Below, one piece after another: positions 59,755 through 64,000 of a stretch of DNA of 64,000 bases (position 1 is its first letter; each line of letters starts with the position of its first letter). The DNA comes from Amoebidium appalachense. Its lineage: Eukaryota > Protista > Ichthyosporea. The stretch lies in contig CAVNZM010000002.1 of assembly GCA_963693365.1 (NCBI GenBank), positions 9,955,059-10,019,058 of the forward strand. The letters run 5' to 3'. The notes below the pieces were generated by a model. It was not told where the DNA came from, did not search any database, and saw only the letters and a list, made by a program, of their open reading frames with translations. The position numbers and the translations under genes were made by a program.

Positions 59755-61939
59755 TGTATGGGTGTGTGTGCGCGCGGACAAGGACAAGGAGGGTATAGGT
59801 GAAGGTGTTAGGACGAATTTCCTACTTTCGGTGCTCATGTTTTGAGGTTTTATACCTCGATGGATGGGGAGTAATGCGGGTGGATAGGCAGGTAGGTGCA
59901 AAAATGAGACGTGGTGGTGGGGAAGAATGGGGGAGAGGAGGAGGGAGGGAGGGGGAAGAGGGGAAGGGGGAGACGGGGGTAATTCCCCCATACGCATGTG
60001 TCTGTAAGTTCAGGCAGGGGGGGAATGGAGGATCTGTAGATTGTAGTGCTGATATGTATGTGCATGTATGTATGTGTATGTGTGTCTATGCGTGTATGCT
60101 TGTTTTTAGTCTGTGTGTGCTGCCCTTGCTGAAGCAAACACGCAAAAGATGATGGATGAATGAGGGTGTGTGTGTGCGTGTGTGTGTGCGGGCGGGCCCG
60201 GGGCCCGGGGGGGGGGGGGGCATATGCCCTTTGCGTACACACGGTGAATGTTTCTCTTCTCTCGTTCCGTTATCAGCCTTTTAGAATACTTGGTTGAGGG
60301 TTGTGGTGAAGGGAATGATAACTACTTTTGATTGGTGGGCCGTCGGCAGGAAAACGAGGGGGGGGGGGGGGGAGGGGGGGGGGGGGGGGGGGCTGAAAGG
60401 CTTCTTAGGGGTAAGGAGGAGGAGGGATGGTATGATGGAAGCCAGGGGGAGGAGGGTGGGTGGGTGGGTGGGTGGGGGGGGGGGGGGGGGGGGGGGAGGA
60501 AGAGAGAGAGAGAATATGTTGTGTGGAATTGTGTGTGTTGCGAGGGGAGGGGAGGGGAGGGGAGAGAAGGCGAGGCGGGGGAAGGGCAAATGGGAGAGGG
60601 GGGGGGGAGGGGGAGAGAGGGGTAGTGACGTACCTGTCTGTCTGCATCCATGGCCGTGTCTGCCATGGTGCCAACAAGCACCGTGGGGAGCGCCCCCCGT
60701 ATGCTGCGCACGGCCGTGTGGATGGCCTTGGCCTGCAGAATATCCTTATTAGGAAAGACACGAACCATACAAGGCAAGATCTGTGTGCAATCGACGCACC
60801 AGTGTATACTAATCTGTGATATGTATGTTTTTGCAGTGAAAAAAGTGGCATGCACAGCTGCTGCTAAGTGTGTACAGAAATGTTAAAAGGGCCAGAGAGA
60901 TGGCACCATTTAAACACACACTCATCAACGGAAATTATGCCCCAGTATGCACACAAAGAGAAAAACGACGCGTGGCCATTAAAGAAACACGTGAACAAAA
61001 GGGAATTTTGCAAACCCATACGGCACCATCTTGTAACTTCTTTCCCCCTCCCCCCCACCACCCTCATCCCTTCTCCCATGAAACGGTCGGTGCTCGACCA
61101 TGATTGACCACTAGTCCACTTCATATTGCCTCTCCAATCCAATCATTAGCTTGATCTGTAACTAATACTCAATATACATTCCACGCCACCTTTCACACAC
61201 ACACACACATCCTTCTCCGTACACAAACAGAAAGACCCCCCCCCCCCACCCCCCCAAAAAAACAAAAAACATCATGCCTGCGGAATATGTGTACAGTGAG
61301 CAGGCACGATCGATCATTCGCCACAAATCATCAGCTAACTTACACAACACACACACACACACACACACACACAATGATGTCAGTGCCACGACGCTTGTGC
61401 AGTTTCAACACCAAAACTCGTGAACATAACCTAATGTCAAGCCAGGTTTTCCTTCACCATGCAGAAGACAAAGCCATCCATAGGAAGAAACACAGAGCAT
61501 ATTCAAGCCACATTCAAATGTGTGTACACGCCCTGAAAAGCAGACACTGGCAGATCGACGTCGGGGGAAAGCGGCGAGGGAAGACGAGAGAGAAAGCAAT
61601 CGAGTTTGAAAACACGTGCTTCAGTGTGTGACACAGGTACACACAGTGGTCAGGAGCAAGCTACAGTTAAGCTACACAACCATGCCCATTTCCTTCAAAT
61701 GTGACTGAAAATGCATTGTCCATGCACCTGTGTTCTGATCTTCCTTTAATTTGTCACAGCATAGCAAAAGTGTTTCAGAACGACCTAGTTGTTGGTCCAA
61801 CATATTACCACACGCCATTTGCACAAAAAGACGCAACAGAACACACCCAGATGATAGAATAAGCACACGTCTCTGTAAGATTATACACACATGGTTGCAA
61901 GGAATATAACACAAAAGCACTCACACATCCACACACTGT

Positions 61940-61982
<43 letters not shown>

Positions 61983-62307
61983 GCTGCAGTGAGTGCCTCT
62001 GCGCCACGCTGAAGCACAACACCACGGCATCCACACTGCTGATATATGACAGCTGCCTCTCTGTCACATTGTCCGCCCATCGTGTATCCGCACCGCCCTT
62101 CCCGGCCGAAATGCCCCCAATGTCTACCACCCTCAACTGAACTGGGTATCCCTCCAAATCAATTAGACGCGTGTGCACGTCTTCAATGGTTGCTTCACAC
62201 TCTTCCAGAAAAATACCCTTTGCAAAACGATTTACGAGCGCCGTTTTGCCCACACCAGCACCACCTAGGACTGCAATGGTGTAGGACCGACACGGCTTAA
62301 TCACCAT
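58907..62307 (-). CDS. Atypical Ras-family small GTPase with long C-terminal extension
   Basis: Exons 62307-61981, 60732-60634, 59711-58907. G1 GGAGVGKT, switch I EECEATIED, G3 DIGG, G4 VGTMAD, G5 EVCAR. A Q/S-rich tail follows and ends at a strong donor G|GTATGT. Confidence 0.88.
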
Positions 62308-63004
62308 TTTCCCACTATGTTATAACGGGTTGAAAAAACCCGTGCAATCCGAAACGGGGTGTAGTTTGTGGATGAAAAGCAAGTTGCCTGCCCACACCCA
62401 AAGGCCTGCACTATTGTGGAATCATTTCTGAATGAAAACGGTGTTTGGCTGATTTTCGTGCAGCGAATTCACGGGAATAAAAAACTTAGTTGGTGGGTGT
62501 GGTGTGTGCTTGTGAATGGTCGTATTCGAGGGGCTGTAACTTTTGTTGTGTGATATGTGTGTGCGTGTGCACGTGTGTTCGTGTTTGTTTTCGTGTTTGT
62601 CTGGCACAGCGCAGCGTTCCACTGAGGCATCAAATTTTGCTTTGGGTGCTTTCTTCGCAAAAAAAAACTTGCCGACGGGTGTTTGCTTTCCATGTGAAGC
62701 CTTTTTCTTACGGCTTTATGTCATAAACACCTTTGAGCTCACTACGATTGAATCGACCGAGGAAAACTTGTACTTCGTTTCTAACGCCCACGTTTCTACA
62801 TGCACGGGTTTAGCTAGTTAGAAAACTACACAGAAAACATGTGTGTCTACTACCCATGGTCAACGCCTGAACGTGCCAAAACGTAACCCACTCTTCCTTC
62901 CCACGCCACACACCCCGCATCTGATCTGCAAAAAGTGATCATTCGCTTCCTGTTTGGTTTACGGCTTTCGCCTGGCCCAACAAGTTCTAATAAAAACGGA
63001 TCAG

Positions 63005-63060
63005 CCTTCCGATTGGCTAATGCGAAATTCAAGGTAAGCCAATAGAATCAGCCAAATGGA
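63005..63060. promoter_or_regulatory. CCAAT-box cluster upstream of the Ras-like gene
   Basis: GATTGGCT and AGCCAATAG about 30 nt apart in repeat-free sequence ~700 nt upstream of the ATG. A similar AGCCAATCA lies upstream of the ferredoxin at ~26330. Confidence 0.35.
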
Positions 63061-63829
63061 CATGTTGTAAATAAGGCCCATGAAGTCTCAACATAGAGCG
63101 ATGGGAACGGCTGCTATTCTTTCTATGACAGCGTGTAAACGGGCATATATAACACTGAGAGAATAAAAATAAATGCAATGGTTCCCCCTAAACCTCGATG
63201 AGAAGGTGTTTCTATGTTGCTACCTAAACTGAATCGATCTGCAGCACAGAGATTCATCTTTTGTTTGGCCACTTACTCCCCGTGACGTTTATCATCCATT
63301 GTATGTTCCCCTGAAAAGAAGATGATTGGACTGCCGGGCTTCCAAGATTTCTCAATTTTCATTGGGCGATCTATCCAAGAATTTCTCGCCACTAAAAATC
63401 CCCAGATGCGAAAATGCCAAGAGTCATGCGTGGCAAATTGGCAATGATGGCATATTCATGAAAATACTAAATATATTATTTTTCTGTTTCTTCACACACA
63501 CGCATGTGTCTTCTGAAAAATGCTGTGTTATCCAGGCAGTCAGAGCGCTTTTTAGCCCGAGTTCGCGTTAACTGAAGTGCACTACCACGGTAGCTGAAAA
63601 GCCATGAAGGGACCAAAAAAAAAGAGGAAAGGAAAGGACTCCTAGAAACAAGGAAGGTCAACATAAGCATCACTGTATACCGGAATGAGTGCGTGGTAAG
63701 ACTCTACAGTAACTCATCTACTGTGACAGCAACTTCGTGCATGATCACCCCGGAGTCAGAGATACATGTACACATGACGATCGGCACCGCAAAGACTCTC
63801 CCCTCTCCGATCGCGAGACGCCGGCCAGC

Positions 63830-63904
63830 TCGGAGGTGCCGATCGATATCGTGCCGTGGCGTGTGTGGTGCACGACCGTGTCACGGCACGATCGGCACCT
63901 CCGA
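63830..63904. other. GC-rich imperfect inverted repeat (hairpin) near the window end
   Basis: TCGGAGGTGCCGATCG[ATATCG]TGCCGTG pairs with CACGGCACGATCGGCACCTCCGA (23 bp with one 6-nt bulge). Confidence 0.75.
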
Positions 63905-64000
63905 CGGCCTCAGGCGTCAGTCCGACTCAGGCCGCCGTCCACGAAGAGCCTACAACATGTAACATGTAACTATTGTACATGCCGGGTCCTGTTTTGAATT

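Overview
This is intron-rich eukaryotic DNA, not prokaryotic. Most entries in the ORF track are translations of microsatellites and homopolymers. Manual splicing gives six genes: (1) an 18-exon, ~901-aa fungal-type protein kinase C (HR1-HR1-C2-C1-C1-kinase, +); (2) a 4-exon mitochondrial adrenodoxin-type [2Fe-2S] ferredoxin (-); (3) a single-exon, probably myristoylated 428-aa orphan (-); (4) an RSBN1/KDM9/DPY-21-family JmjC-like demethylase with an N-terminal RanBP2-type zinc finger (+); (5) a 3-exon Chk1-like kinase (+); (6) an atypical Ras-family GTPase that probably continues into a ~900-aa disordered tail (-). A rearranged retroelement relic lies at 26.7-28.5 kb: a Copia LTR end, PBS and gag with one half inverted, fused to a LINE-ORF1-like fragment. 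A fungal-type Pkc1 together with RSBN1 suggests a unicellular opisthokont, possibly an ichthyosporean (inference only). The most interesting signals are intronic. A ~110-nt repeat family lies almost always in the host gene's sense orientation next to poly-C, and two copies carry a hammerhead-ribozyme-like head. Many introns have G/(GT)n 5' halves and C/(CA)n 3' halves. Tandem duplications repeatedly copy splice junctions, including five copies of one RSBN1 exon end. Homopolymer lengths and single-base anomalies could be long-read errors.
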